64,000 nucleotides of DNA from Octopus sinensis. Taxonomy: Eukaryota. The notes under the pieces are model-generated. The model had not been told where the DNA came from, did not search any database, and worked only from the letters and a program-made list of their open reading frames with translations. The stretch is taken from assembly GCF_006345805.1 (NCBI RefSeq), contig NW_021833434.1, positions 10,405-74,404 of the forward strand. The letters are read 5' to 3'. This document shows, piece after piece, positions 22,561 through 35,529 of this stretch. The position numbers and the translations under genes are program-made. Position 1 is the first letter of the stretch. Each line of letters starts with the position of its first letter.

Positions 22561-23149
22561 AATGTCATGTGATGACCATATGTAAACGCCACTTCAAAAG
22601 TTAAATGCAGTAGATATGTCATGTGACAATCAGAACAATAGCTATGCTTAATAAAAGTTACACCTGAATTTTGGGCTGTGTCTAGTTGCTGTATGAGTAG
22701 TTATTATCTTAATTATCTAAGGTGAAGTATTAGTGTCTCATTTGTTCTTTGTATAATCTTGAAAATGTGGACAATTCTTATAATAAGACAGTAGCCTAAC
22801 TTGCCTAAAAAGAGAGGCAGAAGTTTATAAGGAGGTGAAGTTTATTTTAAATGCAGTAATGTTTAAGAAAAATATTTGAATGGTGATAGAGAACTATAAA
22901 AAAGGTAAATACAATAAACTCATTGGAAGTTGAAGTGGATAGGCTGTGTAACTTGGATATCAGCATTTATTGATGACTTTGTAATGTTGGCTTGAATACT
23001 AAGTGATACCTACATCAGCAATGTCCTTAACAGAAACAAGACCATATTCACTTCCATCAGCAGGGATCTTCATATAAAAATGAAAAGCATTTATAGTGAG
23101 TGGCAAATTGTATATTTTTGATGTTTTTGTAGCCTACTCAACTATGGTT

Positions 23150-23950
23150 TGAATTTTTAAATAAAAGTATTTTCTTTACTTATTTGTGTTTGTTTTGTGG
23201 TATCACCTGCACAGTGATAAAGTGGAAAGACTAGGAATTTGTGGGATTTCATTGTTGCATATAGGTCCAACTGTTCACTGTTTGAGATGTATCTAGTCCT
23301 GGGATCTCAAATTTGTATTATTAATCTTAGTGTATCATTAATCTCATTTTCAAACTCAGTTTGGTTTTTCCAATGTAATCTTCACTGCATATATTACATA
23401 TGATGATATATGTTAAATTATTTGATGAGCAAGTGAAGTTGTTTTCACAATAAAAAGATATGCTGATTTTAATTTATGTTATGTATCTTCAATAAGTTTA
23501 GTACAAGTTATGAATTTAGAACCATACTTTTCAACTGTTTATAGGAAGTAGTTCTGAACTGGTATATAGTTTTTTGCCTTTTTAACGTTAAATGTCTTAG
23601 TGTTTCTTGTGGTCTGTGATGTAATAATTGTTATAAAAGGTAGAGTTTTGGGTGTATCTTCAATGTCTATTGCTTTGACATGTTCTATTCAATTCCCTGT
23701 TATCTTAGACAGGTATTGTCTTTCAAGTACTGCCTGTTTTAATTGTTGGAGCTTTTTATACTGTACTTCAAGATTGGAAACAAGAGAGTGAAGTTCTAGC
23801 AAGGTTAAATGGTATATTTGGTTTGATATGTGTTGGTTGGCATAAGGTAACTAGTAGGTACTGTTTATATTCTGGGTAAATGCATCTCTTATGGCCACTC
23901 ACTGTATTTTCAACTTGTTTTATTTCCTTGATACTCCTACATGTATAAAT
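23150..23950 (-). mobile_element. Penelope-like element fragment (RT thumb to GIY-YIG; Neptune-type motifs)
   Basis: Minus strand gives QYLLVTLCQPTHIKPNIPFNLAR, TLPFIT and NNFTCSSNNLTYII...CSEDYIGKTKLSLKMRLMIH (GIY-YIG). Confidence 0.75.
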
Positions 23951-24002
23951 AAATAACACTCATATTTATATATACACACAGATAGACTCACACACGCATA
24001 TA

Positions 24003-24680
24003 CACTTTCTTCTCGACTTACGAATGTGTCCCATTCCGACTGACAGGTTGTATGGTGAATTTATATTTTTCAGCAGTATTTTCATTACAAAAATATAAAA
24101 CACAAAAATTTCATCTATAATTATTATATATAATGTAAAAAATACATAAATACCTTATTGCACTGTAAACAAAAATACAATCTAAAATTAATGTAAAAAT
24201 TAAAATAAATGAAATTTCACATACATACAATAAAAAAATTGTTCCTGTGAAAAAAGTGCAATTGAAAATACAATATTAATCTTCACAGTCAGGTTCTTGG
24301 GTTGAGACAGAGGGTTTTTTGAGGAACATGGTGAGCTTTGTTGGAGTAGTTTTTTTTTCCTTTCATATCTTATGATAACAATACAAAGTATCTTGAATGA
24401 TACATTCAACCTTTGCAAAGCGGTTGACATTAGGATCCATTGCTTTGAAACTGGTAAGAGTTTTATTCAATTGCGAAAACGAATCAATAGACACTTCACT
24501 GTGAATTTCTTTTCTGGTTCATCTTCTTCTTTCTCACTTTTTCTTCTGCTGCTCTGTGTGCTTCCAATCCAATCTCTGCAACTGAGTGAGAGACAGTGGC
24601 AGGCAGTGGATGCCTGGGTTTGAGGGAGACCTGTATTACCAGATGCTGCCATAGTTATTGTATGCACAACTGCCCAAAGT
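24003..24680 (-). mobile_element. Tigger (TcMar/pogo-like) DNA transposon, 3' portion
   Basis: EEDEPEKKFTVK...MDPN-like...YERKKKTTPTKLTMFLKKP matches the Tigger1-type C-terminus. Terminal TA|CACTTTCTTCTCGACTTACGAA lies at 24001-24024. Confidence 0.8.
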
Positions 24681-24754
24681 CCAAAAATTGATTTTATATT
24701 TTATTTATTTTTTGTGGTTATAAGTGCAGATTGTCATAAGTCAAGGAGAAGGTG

Positions 24755-24895
24755 TATTAGGTAGGTCATCCACATGCAATAACCATGCCAAAGCAGACAA
24801 TGGAGGTTGGTGCAGTCCTCTGGCTTACCAGCTCCTGTCAAACCATCGCACACATGGGAGACAGATGTTAAATGTTGATGTTGATAATGATGATA
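24755..24895 (+). mobile_element. Isolated 3' tip of the RTE LINE family
   Basis: GGTGCAGTCCTCTGGCTTACCAGCTCCTGTCAAACCATC...GATGTTAAATG(ATG)n-like tail. Confidence 0.7.
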
Positions 24896-24924
24896 TATAA
24901 TACTTACATATACATATATATATC

Positions 24925-27822
24925 TCACCTAGAGACATCCTCATTAAGAAGTTTAAGGAGAGGGAGGAGGAACTACAGTCCTCAAACATAGAAGGTAGCT
25001 GGAAATTCTTATGGGACAGCTTACTGAGTGCCTCAGACCAAGTTTGAGGATGGTGCAAAGTCCCATCCAGACCTAGAGTTTTGTGGTGGGGAAATAATAC
25101 AGTAGACAAAGCCATCAGGGCAAAGAAACAGGCCTGGAAAGCCTGGAAGGGTGTGGGTTGCAGGGAACCATACCAAATAGCCAAAAGGGAAGCTGGGTAC
25201 CAGGTATACATAGCCAAGGGCGAAGCAGAAAAGAAGTTTTCCAATGTCCAGTGACGTGACGACCAAAGAACTGAGGTATTCCAGATTGTAAGACAGTATG
25301 TAAGGGAAAATTGTGATGTCACAAGACAGAAATGTATCTGCATGGATGATGGTGCACTTGCTGTTAATGATTCAGAAAAGAAAGAGGCTTGGAGGAGCCA
25401 TTATGAAAAACTGCTGAATGTAGAGAATGAATGGGAGGAAGAGAGCCTGCTAAATGTTGATCCAACAGAGGGACCAGCTATCTGAATAGACAGCACCCTA
25501 GTAGATAAAGCAATTAAGGATATGAAGCTAGGAAAAGCCCCCGACTGATCAGGAATCACCACTGAGATGCTTAAAACGTCTGGTGGTGTAGGCTATGGCC
25601 TAGTCACCCGTATTGTAAACCAGGTGGTTCATGATGGAGTTATACCTAATAACTGGCACAGCAGCATCATAGTCAATTGCTACAAAGGTAAAGGTGATGC
25701 TTTAGATAGAAATAACTACAGACGTATCAAACTGCTGGATCAGGTGATGAAGGTCACGGTGAGTGTCATAACCCAACTAAGCAGCACCACTGATGCTATA
25801 TTCCTGGTATGGCAACTGCAGGAGAAGTACCTATCCAAGATATATTTGGCTTTTGTGGACTTGGAGAAAGTCTTTGACAGGATCCCCCAATCCCTTATCT
25901 GGTGGGCAAAGGGGAAACTGGGGATTGACAAATGGTTAATAAGGGGTATACAGGCCCTATACAGAGTAGGGTTAGTATTGGAAATGAGTATAGTGAAGAA
26001 TTCCGAGTAGAAGTGGGGGTCCACCAAGGATCAGCCCTCATCCCCCTCTTATTCATCATAGTCCTCCAGACAATAACAGAGGAATTCAAGACAGATTGCC
26101 CTGGGAACTGCTCTATGCTGATGACCTGGTCCTGATAGCAGAATCACTACCAGAACTAGAGAAGAAACATCAAGTGTGGAAGCAAGGTACAGCAACTGCA
26201 GGAGAAGTACCTAGCCAAGATATATTTGGCTTTTGTGAACTTGCAGAAAGCCTTTGACAGGGTCCCCCAATCCCTTATATGGTGGGCAGTGTGGAAACTG
26301 GGGATTGACAAATGGTTATTAAGGGATGTACAGGCCCTATACAAAGATGCCGTTAGTAGGGTTAGGATTGGAAATGAGTATAGTGAAGAATTCTGTTTAG
26401 AAGTGGGGGCTCACCAAGAATCAGCCCTCAGCTCCCTCTTATTCATCCTCGTCCTCCAGGCAATAACAGAGGAATCCAAGACAGGTTGCCCCTGAGAACT
26501 CCTCTATGCTGATGACCTGGCCCTCATAGCAGAATCACTACCAGAATTAGAGAAGAAACTTCAAGTGTGGAAGCAAGGTTTAGAATCAAAGGGCCTTAGA
26601 GTCAACATTGCAAAGACCAAAGTTCTAGTAAGTAAGGAAAACAAACACATCACACACCCCTTCAGGTAGGTGGCCCTGTTCGATCTATAGAAAAGGTCTA
26701 GGTAGAAACCCCATAAGATGTACCCAGTTTAAGCTATGGACACATATGCGGTGCAGCAACATGAAAGGGAGATTAACCAGGAAGATAGCTTTCACATGCA
26801 GCAGATGCACAGGGGCAATCAACACCACAGATGCTCAGAAATCAGATTCCATCACATGCCAGGGGAAGAAACTAGAAGTAGTTGATAGCTTCTACTATCT
26901 AGGTGACCAAGTCTGTAGTGGGGAGTGGATGCTCAGAGAGTGTTGCCACTAGAATAAGAATAGCCTGGGCAAAGTTCAGAAAGCTTCTACCCCTACTGGT
27001 GACAAAGGGTCTCTCACTCAGAGTGAAAGGTAGATTGTATGATGCATGTGTGCGAACTGCCATACTTCATGGCTGCTGAAGACATGTGTAGGCTTGAAAG
27101 AAATGAAGCTACCATGATCCACTGGATGTGTAATGCCAGTGTGAACACATAACAGTGTGTAAGCTCCCTGAGAGATATGTTAGACATAAGAAGTATTGGA
27201 TATGGCATGCAAGAGAGACGTTTGCATTGGTATGGTCATGTACTACAGATGGACAAGGAGAGCTGCGTGAAGAAGTGCCACTCCCAAACAGTGGAAGGAA
27301 TCCGGGGTAGAGGTAGACCCAGGAAGATATGAGATGAGGTGGCGAAGTATGACGTTTGAACATTGGGCCTCACAGAGGCAGTGACAAAAGACCAAGACCT
27401 TTGGAGGTATGCTGTAACTGAGAAGACCCAGCAAATAAAATGAGTCCACAGCTGTAACCTACACCAGTGTCGCATAACCAGCCCACTCAAAAGTACTTTG
27501 GATCGTAGGGTGACATGCCATGCTTGAGGAGATCTATTGAGTCAAGTACATAAACATCAACAGCAATATCAAAATTAGATCAAATGGAAATTGTAGTTGT
27601 AAACCCCTTGCTGGTAGCATGTAAAAAGCACCATCCGGGCGTGGACAATGCCAGTGCCGCTTTGACTGAATTCTGTACTGGTGGCATGTAAAAAGCATCA
27701 TCCAATTGTGATCAACGCCAGCTCCTCTGGCTCCTGTGCCAGTGGTACATAAAAAGCACCCACTATGCTCTGACTTGTTGGCATAAGGAAGGGCATCCAG
27801 CTGTAGAAACACTGCAAGACAG
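24925..27822 (+). mobile_element. RTE LINE copy 4, both ends truncated, with internal ~400-bp tandem duplication
   Basis: Contains IPNNWHSSIIVNCYKGKGDALDRNNY and DLEKVFDRIP. The RT block ~25800-26190 is repeated at ~26190-26580. Confidence 0.92.
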
Positions 27823-28749
27823 TGTAAGAAAATGGTTAAGCCATAGATATGAAACAAAGAGTGGAGGAATGAAAATAGACATGAGATATGTAGGGATGTT
27901 GCATCTGTAGATCCATTATTTGGGCAGAATGGTATACATATAAGAGTCCAGTACCTTGTGAGTAAGTTCCAATAATATTTAAAGTTGGTCACTCCAAGTA
28001 TAGAGTTTGTACACATTGTTATTAAATTGAGGGTTTTATTTAAAGTGACTTAAAAGTTGGTAATGTATTTGTAACATCAAATCAAAACCAGGAGGATAGG
28101 AACAAAGAAAAGAAAAAAGAAAAAAAAGTGGGGAGAGAGATAATAAAGAGATGAAGAGGGGAAAATATACTGGTTAGTGGTCAGTATATAAAAGATAAAT
28201 TGATAGTAGGAATAGGGAGGTGGGGTGATAAAGGGAGAAAGATATGAGAGTGTAAAAAGATGATAGGGTAAAGTGTAAAGAGTGTCAGATAGAAGGAATG
28301 GGGGTTGATTGGTGATAGAGAGAGATAGGTATGGGAGTGTAAAGAGTAAAGGATTGTCAGGAAGGTAGTGATAGAGCCTAAGTGAGGGGCTGAGAGAGGG
28401 GGGTAAGAGTAGTAAATTGGTGGAATGAAGAATTTGAGAATATAGGTTAGGTTGGTTAGAGGACTGGTCTATGCTTAGTAGTAGAAGAATATATATATAT
28501 AAACAGGTATACACATGCATATATTAATATAGATATTTATACATATCAACACCTACACATACAACACGTACTCATATGTATATGTAGACCCATACATACA
28601 TGTAATTGTAAGTATTATCGCCCCTATACACGCAGGTATATATACCTTGCATACATACATACACATACACACATTTATAAGGTTATTGGGATTACCTAAG
28701 GGGTATTGTGGAAATATGCTGTATGGTCATTTAGGCATTTGGATTTGTG

Positions 28750-30400
28750 GAAGAATTTGAATGTGTGAAAAAAGTGGTGGTTGCATGTGCTTAGTGCCTC
28801 ATTATGTTTATTTAGCAGTGTTGGATAGTTGTGCTTTAATATGTGAAGTGCCTCCTTCAGGCAAAGCTAGCTGGTTGAGCGTTGACCTCTGTAGGGATGC
28901 CCTGAATCCAGTAGGGTATATTTGTATTTTTGAGATGATGTATATGGTTGGCGAGTGCTGTAGATTTACTATGTTTATCATATCTAAAAGAATGGAGGTG
29001 AGCGGCATATCGCTGCTTAAAATTTTGGGTTGATCCTATGTATATGGCTGTAGAGTTGTGTAATATATTAAGGACAGTGCATTTATAAATTACATTATAT
29101 CTTCTGCAATGGGTTTGTAACAGGCAGATGATTCCAGGATGGCAGGTACAATTAAGTGAATTTTGGGGAATGTGTTCAGGAATGGAGGAGGTAATATTAT
29201 CAGAGGAGAGGTTAGAGAAGGGGGTCGAAGATTCTAGATTATTAGTATTATTAACATTATCATTAATGTCATTGTTATTATTACTATTGTTGTTATTAAT
29301 TGTACTATTTGTAAGAGTGGTAGAAATTGTGGTGGTGTTCTGGGCAGTGTCAGTAGGATGGGTTGGGTTGTGGTTGTGGTCTAATGTAAGGGCATCTGTG
29401 CTGGAGCTGTGTATATGTTGAGTGTTCTTATGACTAGAGTTGTAATTATGTGAGTTTTGATAGTAAAGTGCTTATTAGAGGCTGCTACAATAGATTCAAA
29501 ATTGGGTGGGGCAGAATAAGATAGTTTCAGAGTGGATCTAATAAAGATAGAATGATATTTATGTTTCTGAAGGAAGTTAGAGTCTAGTATTTTAAAGAAG
29601 GATTCAGCTAAGTTCTTAAAGTTAAGTGAGAATGGGGGTATGTACCACAGAATGGCGCATCTGCCACTTATTTTAGAGTGTCTGGATGTAGTGCTATCAA
29701 AGTTTTTAGATAAAGAAGTGCTATCTATACTTTTGTAGAATGTATGTGGGCAGTGAAGCCTTTTGTTATTAGCTGTTTTAGTTGTTTTAGTTTTTGACCT
29801 AGTGTTAAATGTATGTATGTGGGATCTAGGTTGCCTTGGTGTAAGACCTTCCTGGGTTCCATCAATGAGTGTGTGTGGTTGGTCGTTATGATGGTTGGTG
29901 GGTGTTTGAGATGTGATTTGAAATATATATTGTTTGAGCTTGGTGTTATGGATGTATTCTATTTGTTGGAAAATGCCACTAGCAGCAAGTGCTTGTGTGT
30001 AATATGGTGCGTGATTATTGAAAATTTCCTCAGTGGAAGAGAGGTTAGATATGCAGATTGGAGAGGATGTTAAAGTACAATTCGCTTTCTGCTTACATCT
30101 TACCCAGAACGTGATATATAACTGTACAATAAAAACTACAACTAATGATTTTATATATATCAGTTGTTTGATTAATATGAAACGGCGTCTATACAACTAC
30201 CTGTCATCCTTTAAACTTAAGTATAAAGCAATTTGTACGTTATTATCCAGTAAAATTTGGAAATTGAAGGAAATAGCAGATATGGGTGTGAGCTGTTCTC
30301 TATGGAAACATGAAATTTTTAAGCAAAAAGATAAGGGCAACCTGATTAATAATTGATTAGACCTTAGGGTATCATATGTACATAGTGTCACCTGTACCTT
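28750..30400 (-). mobile_element. Penelope-like element (RT C-terminus, linker, GIY-YIG), decayed
   Basis: ORF 29381-30196 has SNLSSTEEIFNNHAPYYTQALAASG and ILWYIPPFS...LKLSYSAPPNF. Downstream are CTC..IICLLQTHC, NVIYKC...IYIGSTQNFKQRYAAH and C.LCLKEALHI. Confidence 0.85.
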
Positions 30401-31059
30401 TAAATATTTTAGAAAGTAGCACTTTATTGATCTTGAAATTTAAAACCTATTAGAAACTTCTTTGCTCAAAATTAGTATATAGTGAGCATGTCCTACAACA
30501 TTATTACTTTAGCTAATACAGGGTAACAGTCTTTAGAGATAAAAGCTGAATAAGTAAATAAACTATTTTTAGTTTTAAATACTTGAATTGTATACATTTT
30601 CTATAAATCTTCTCTATTGATGTTACTAAGTTGTGTATATACTTCATCATTATTTTTAGTGATTAAGCTATTTTATGTACTTTTCTATGGTGTTCTACCC
30701 TACCTAATGATTTTAAAGTGTTCTGCCCTCCTGATCTTAATATTTATATAGGCCTTTATATAAGTAGCCTTTCAAATTAAGTACCCCTAAGAAACTATAA
30801 ATATTATGTATGGAGTAAGAATAATATCTTCTAAAGCTTATAATATATTTCTTAGTTTTAAAATTTAGTATGGAATTAGTATGCCCTATAACATCAATAT
30901 TCCTTTAGATAATACCAGGTATCAGTCTTTATTGATCCTAGCTTAATAAATAAAGATTTAATTTTAGTTTAGTATACTTAAATTATTATACATTTTCTTT
31001 AAACCTTCTCTAATGATGTCAATAAGGTATATTTACTTTGTCATGTTGTTAGTGATTAA

Positions 31060-31968
31060 GATATCGGCAAGGTTGCATCCTGTCACCAGCAGCCTTCAAC
31101 ATGTACACTGAAAAGGTCATGAGGAATGCAGGCCTGGAGGATAGCAGCATTGGAGTTAGGATTGGAGGAAGAAATATTAATAACCTTCGCTATGCAGATG
31201 ATATAACCCTGCTGGCGGAGAGTGGTAAGGATCTGGAGGATCTTGTCCTGCTGGTCAAGAAAGAGAGTGAGAAATTTAGGCTGTACCTCAATGTTAAGAA
31301 AACAAAGATCATGTCAACATCAGCCATGACAAACATCAGCATCAAGATCGATAATGAAGAGATTGAAGTGGTTGATGATTCCATCTTCCTTGGCTCCAAA
31401 ATAAATCAAGATGGTAACTGCACTCCAGAAATAAGATAGTACTAGGATAGTACTAGGCAGAGAGGCAATGGTCAGCATGAGCAGGGTCTGGAAGAGTAGA
31501 GACATCAGACTCGCTACCAAATGCAGATTGGTGAATGCAATTGTCTTCCCAATAGCAACATATGGATGCGAGACATGGACACTAAAGAAAGCTGACCAGA
31601 AGAGAATTAATGCATTTAAGCTTTGGTGTTGGAGAAGACTTTTACGGATTCCATTGACAGCGAGGCTCACCAATGGAGAAGTTCTTAAGCAGATAAGGTC
31701 GGAAATGTTGCTAGAAGCTAGGATCACCAAGCATAGATTGGCATATTTCGGTCATATTATGCGGAGAAAATCCCTGGAGAAGGACATCATGCTCGGAATG
31801 GTCAGTGGCAAGAGAGGAAGAATCCAACCGAGAACCTGCTTGCTTGACACCATCAAGAGTGATACCGGAATGGACATAGCCAGTCTGAAAGAAGCGGCCC
31901 AGGATAGAACTGACTGGAGGACACTGATCCAACGAGTGACCGAGAGTCGACTTCAACTGAGTGGTTAG
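31060..31968 (+). mobile_element. RTE/BovB-like LINE, 5'-truncated, relatively young
   Basis: RQGCILSP..FNMYTEKVMR, INNLRYADD, LVNAIVFPIATYGCETWTL and LWCWRRLLRIP. The frame is broken mainly by an 11-bp tandem duplication GATAGTACTAG (31435-31456). Sequence is distinct from the dominant RTE family. Confidence 0.9.
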
Positions 31969-33593
31969 GAGAAAATGGTGTTCTGCCCTACCTGATTATT
32001 TTATTATCTATTATTTTAAAATAGCCTTTATTTATTTATAAAATGAATCTAATTTTGTACCTCTATAAATTCATACTGAGCATATACAAAACAATACTGG
32101 TATATTCACTACTTAAAATAAACTGCTTAGATTATAATTTAATTAATATATAGTTAGTATGCTCTCTTACCTCAGTACACCTTTATTAAATACCAGTATA
32201 TACTAATTGATCATTCTTCATAGATACAATCTGATAAGTTCGTATTTAAGTATATAATAAGTATAAATATTAAGCTATTATGAGATAACTTCTTTTCCTC
32301 CCTCTAATGTGGTAAAAGTTTGGTATATACTCAAAAGTATTCAAAAAAATCTTTTCATCCTTTTGTTTTAATATTCTTCTGAATAACCCTAAATTTTAAC
32401 TTATAAAATATGGAAATATTGTTTAAAATGTTTCAAATTTTTAACTATAGTACCACATAAGATTTCCCATTTTTCATTATAAATGGTCTAATAGTGGCCT
32501 GCCCCTTTAAATGGAAGCTAAAATCTTGATTTCAGTTTTCCTTTACCAAATCTCATGATACTGCTTCAAAATAAATCTTGATAGTTTTTTATGACTATAC
32601 CCATTATGATTTCTGTTGATTCCCTCAGCCCACTTCCTGACAGGCATTACTCCTTGCTCTTTTGGCCTTAGATATACAAAGATTTGATAAACTAGTCTAT
32701 AAATTAAAACTGACCCCATAAAACAGTGACAAGCAAAATCTGTAACAAGTCTTTCTTCCTTAGTAACTTCTAAGCTGAAGTGAAGATAGCATGTTCTCTG
32801 TAAATCTCCTTACCTTCTTGGAGATTTTATGTAAAATTATACTAATGTGTCCATCTGATTTAATTTAAATAAATTCTATGTCTTTATGCAGTTGAAGATT
32901 GCTCTGCATTTAAATTGATTTAATGATTGCATTGTTCAATTAAATGGAATTACGTGTGAAACGATTGTACTGCATTACTTCTGTATACCCTTGTTGCATT
33001 TTTTGATTACATATATATATATATATATGATACAATGATATCAAACCAATGTAAGACTTGCTATCTTGAAGATAGCTTGTTCACACTAGTATATATTAAA
33101 AGAAAGACGCTGTAAAGTACGATATGTCGCCAAAGATCAGGCTCATTTGTGGGTTCGCACTTCACACTAATATCCAATGTATTATGATACAGGGCATCAA
33201 ACTTGGGGTAGGCTACTGTGCAGAATACAAGCCAAATAACAACAACACTGATGATAGTAATAATTAAAAAACCAGTATGGTATCCATCACTTTATTGGAC
33301 ATACATGTGTTTCCGAAAAATGCCAAAGTATTTATATCACATTTGTAGAAACATAATGCAGCCACAGATGTCAAAACTCCTATACACTATTACTATTATT
33401 GGGAAAAGTGTATATACTTGGAGCTTTAAATCTGTTGTATTTATTGAGAGATACTAATGAGGTCAAATGTAAAGTTGCATAATGTTTCTACAACTGTTAA
33501 ATAGTTAATTCAGAATTTTGTTGAAATACTTATATATCCTATAAAGCATTGAATACCATACTGTTTTTTTGATTATTATTATTATTTCCATAT

Positions 33594-33765
33594 AAGACAG
33601 TGAGCTGGCTCAATCATTACTGCACTGGGCAAAGTGCTTAGCAGCATTTCTTGTTTTTACATCCTGAGTTCAAATTCCACCTGAAGGTGATTTTGCCTTT
33701 CATCATTTTGGGTCGATAAAGTAAGTACAGTCAAGTACTGGAGTCATTGTAATCAACAAAACCCC
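33594..33765 (+). mobile_element. Degenerate SINE family 1 copy
   Basis: GAGCTGG..CAATCATT...GAGTTCAAATTCC...TTTGCCTTTCATC...GTCGATAAAGTAAGTAC, following an (ATT)n tract. Confidence 0.75.
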
Positions 33766-33849
33766 TGTGAAACAGTTGGTGATTCGCTGTGCTTGAGAAG
33801 ATTCATCCAGCTAAGTAAAATCAGGACAATTAAGGCATGTCATTTATGC

Positions 33850-34430
33850 CTATGTTCCAGGCAAACTTCTCCCACACAATCCAAACACCTCCCCCTCCTT
33901 CCATCCATATTCACCACTCACTGTATTCCCCTCCCTTCTATCTCCCACTCTCCCTTTGCACCTTTGTAAACCTACCTGCACAAAATGTGTCCCCGTCAAA
34001 TCTCTTCCCAACAACATATCCTCCTCACACTCTTCCTCTGTCTGCTTGTGTCCACTTGCTACAGCCCTTCCCCTCAACCTTTCACTCTTCTTTTGCATTC
34101 TCATAAACTTACCTATCCACTCACCCTATCCAATTACTTACACCTCCCTGTAACTTGAATGCACTCCTCCCCCCATCACGTAATCATCTCTCTCACCCTT
34201 TCTTTTTCCAGCTGAGGTAGCCATGCATCTCCTCTACTGCAAAGCAGTTATTTCTGTCCCTCTATTCCTCTTATCACTTAGCACAAAGCCACTTCTTTTG
34301 ATACTCTTCCTCCTCTCAGTTGAGGAGTCTTGCCTTGCAAGTTACTTACTTAGTGATGTTACTGCTGCCAGTGCCATGTAAAAACTTCATGTCCACAGTT
34401 GCATGTGAGCATGGAACATTTGTTATTAAA
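33850..34430 (+). repeat. Pyrimidine-rich block joined to a LINE-3'UTR-like module (similar arrangement at 43530-44690)
   Basis: Strong C/T skew. The junction motif TCTTGC..GCAAGTT (34327-34345; 44444-44455) is followed by a GCCATGTAAAAA / AAAATAGCACCCAG module related to the LINE 3' UTR. Confidence 0.4.
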
Positions 34431-34489
34431 AGGATGATGATACATTAAAGCACACATACATATACACAATAATAATAATAAAAATGGAC

Positions 34490-35500
34490 AATTAGGCTTC
34501 TTGTATCAAAGCAATGGATCATACACAATATTTTGAGTGGTACAGGTGCTGCAAAAGTGGAAGAACATTCCTGAAAGACACTGAGCAATCTGGAAGACCT
34601 GGAACAAGCATCACCCCCAGGAAAGTGGAGAAAATTCATCAGCTTGTGCATGAGGACTGTCGGAGGAATGAATGACATTGCTGATGTTGTTGGTCTGTTG
34701 TATGGGTCCATGCAGGCAATTCTAATACCTGAATTGAACATGTGGTGTGTTTCTGCCAAGTTTGTCTCTCACCTACTGAGCAGAAAGAGTATCATGTTGA
34801 AGTTTGTCAAGATCTTCGTAGTATGCCACTGATGACTCATCTTTTATGTCAAGGATCATCACCAGTTACAAGAGTTGAGCCTACAGGTTTGACCCTGAGA
34901 CAAAGCAGCAGTCATCACAGTGGAAGAGCCCTTCATCTCCATGACTGAAGAAGGCACGACAGAGTCACAGCTCAATCAACAACATGCTCATCATTTTCTT
35001 CGTCATCTGTGATATTGTGCATTGAGGGTTCATCCTCCAGAGCCAGACTGTCAATTGTAACTTCTGTGATATTTTGAAACATTTGAGGAAGGGACATTTG
35101 GTGAAAGCAACCAGATTTATGGAGTGTGAAGAATTGGATTCTTCATAACAGTGTACCCTGTTACCAAGCTCCCCTCACTCATGAGTTTCTCCCCCAAAAC
35201 AATATGGTATGACTTCCACACCCACCATGTTCGCCAAATTTAGTGCCTGCAGAATTCCATCTATTTCCCAAGATGAAAATGCAGCTCAATGTTCATGGTT
35301 CTAATACTTTTAATCACAGAAGATCCTCAACTCACTTATGGAAAACAACTTTCTGGTTGGATTCCAAAAGAGGCAGGAATGCTGAGACAAGAGTATTGTC
35401 ACACAAGGTGACTATTTCGAAGGAGATGATGTTAAGACTTAGTAAGTAAATAATTTTGTATTAAATATAACTAGTCCGGGAACTTTTTGATACTACCTCG
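34490..35500 (+). mobile_element. mariner (Tc1/mariner DD34D-type) transposon, decayed, 5' end missing
   Basis: FEW...KSGRT.L.D...SGRP, VSAKFV, DPETKQQSSQWKSPSSP, HPP.SP.L.P.EF.LFPKMK and QGDYFEGD. 3' TIR AGTCCGGGAACTTTTTGATACTACCTCG|TA at 35473-35502. Confidence 0.9.
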
Positions 35501-35529
35501 TATCTTTAATTGCCTTATGTATCATGCTA

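Noticed and set aside
22860-23140. Possible pogo-type DDE fragment (YPSYTAYPLQLP resembling LP.HT.H.LQPLD) on the minus strand
   Set aside because: A single weak motif with no supporting neighbours.
29128-29421. Hydrophobic Leu/Val-rich ORF resembling a transmembrane protein
   Set aside because: It arises from (ATT)/(TTG) low-complexity sequence antisense to the Penelope-like element.
30018-30356. ORF with IGEDV..C..YNC pattern suggesting another Ig exon
   Set aside because: It is the antisense shadow of the Penelope-like ORF, with no Ig Trp, no proper Cys spacing and no matching phase-1 splice sites.
32560-32800. Faint piggyBac-core-like words on the minus strand
   Set aside because: Too decayed; no frame gives more than isolated residues.
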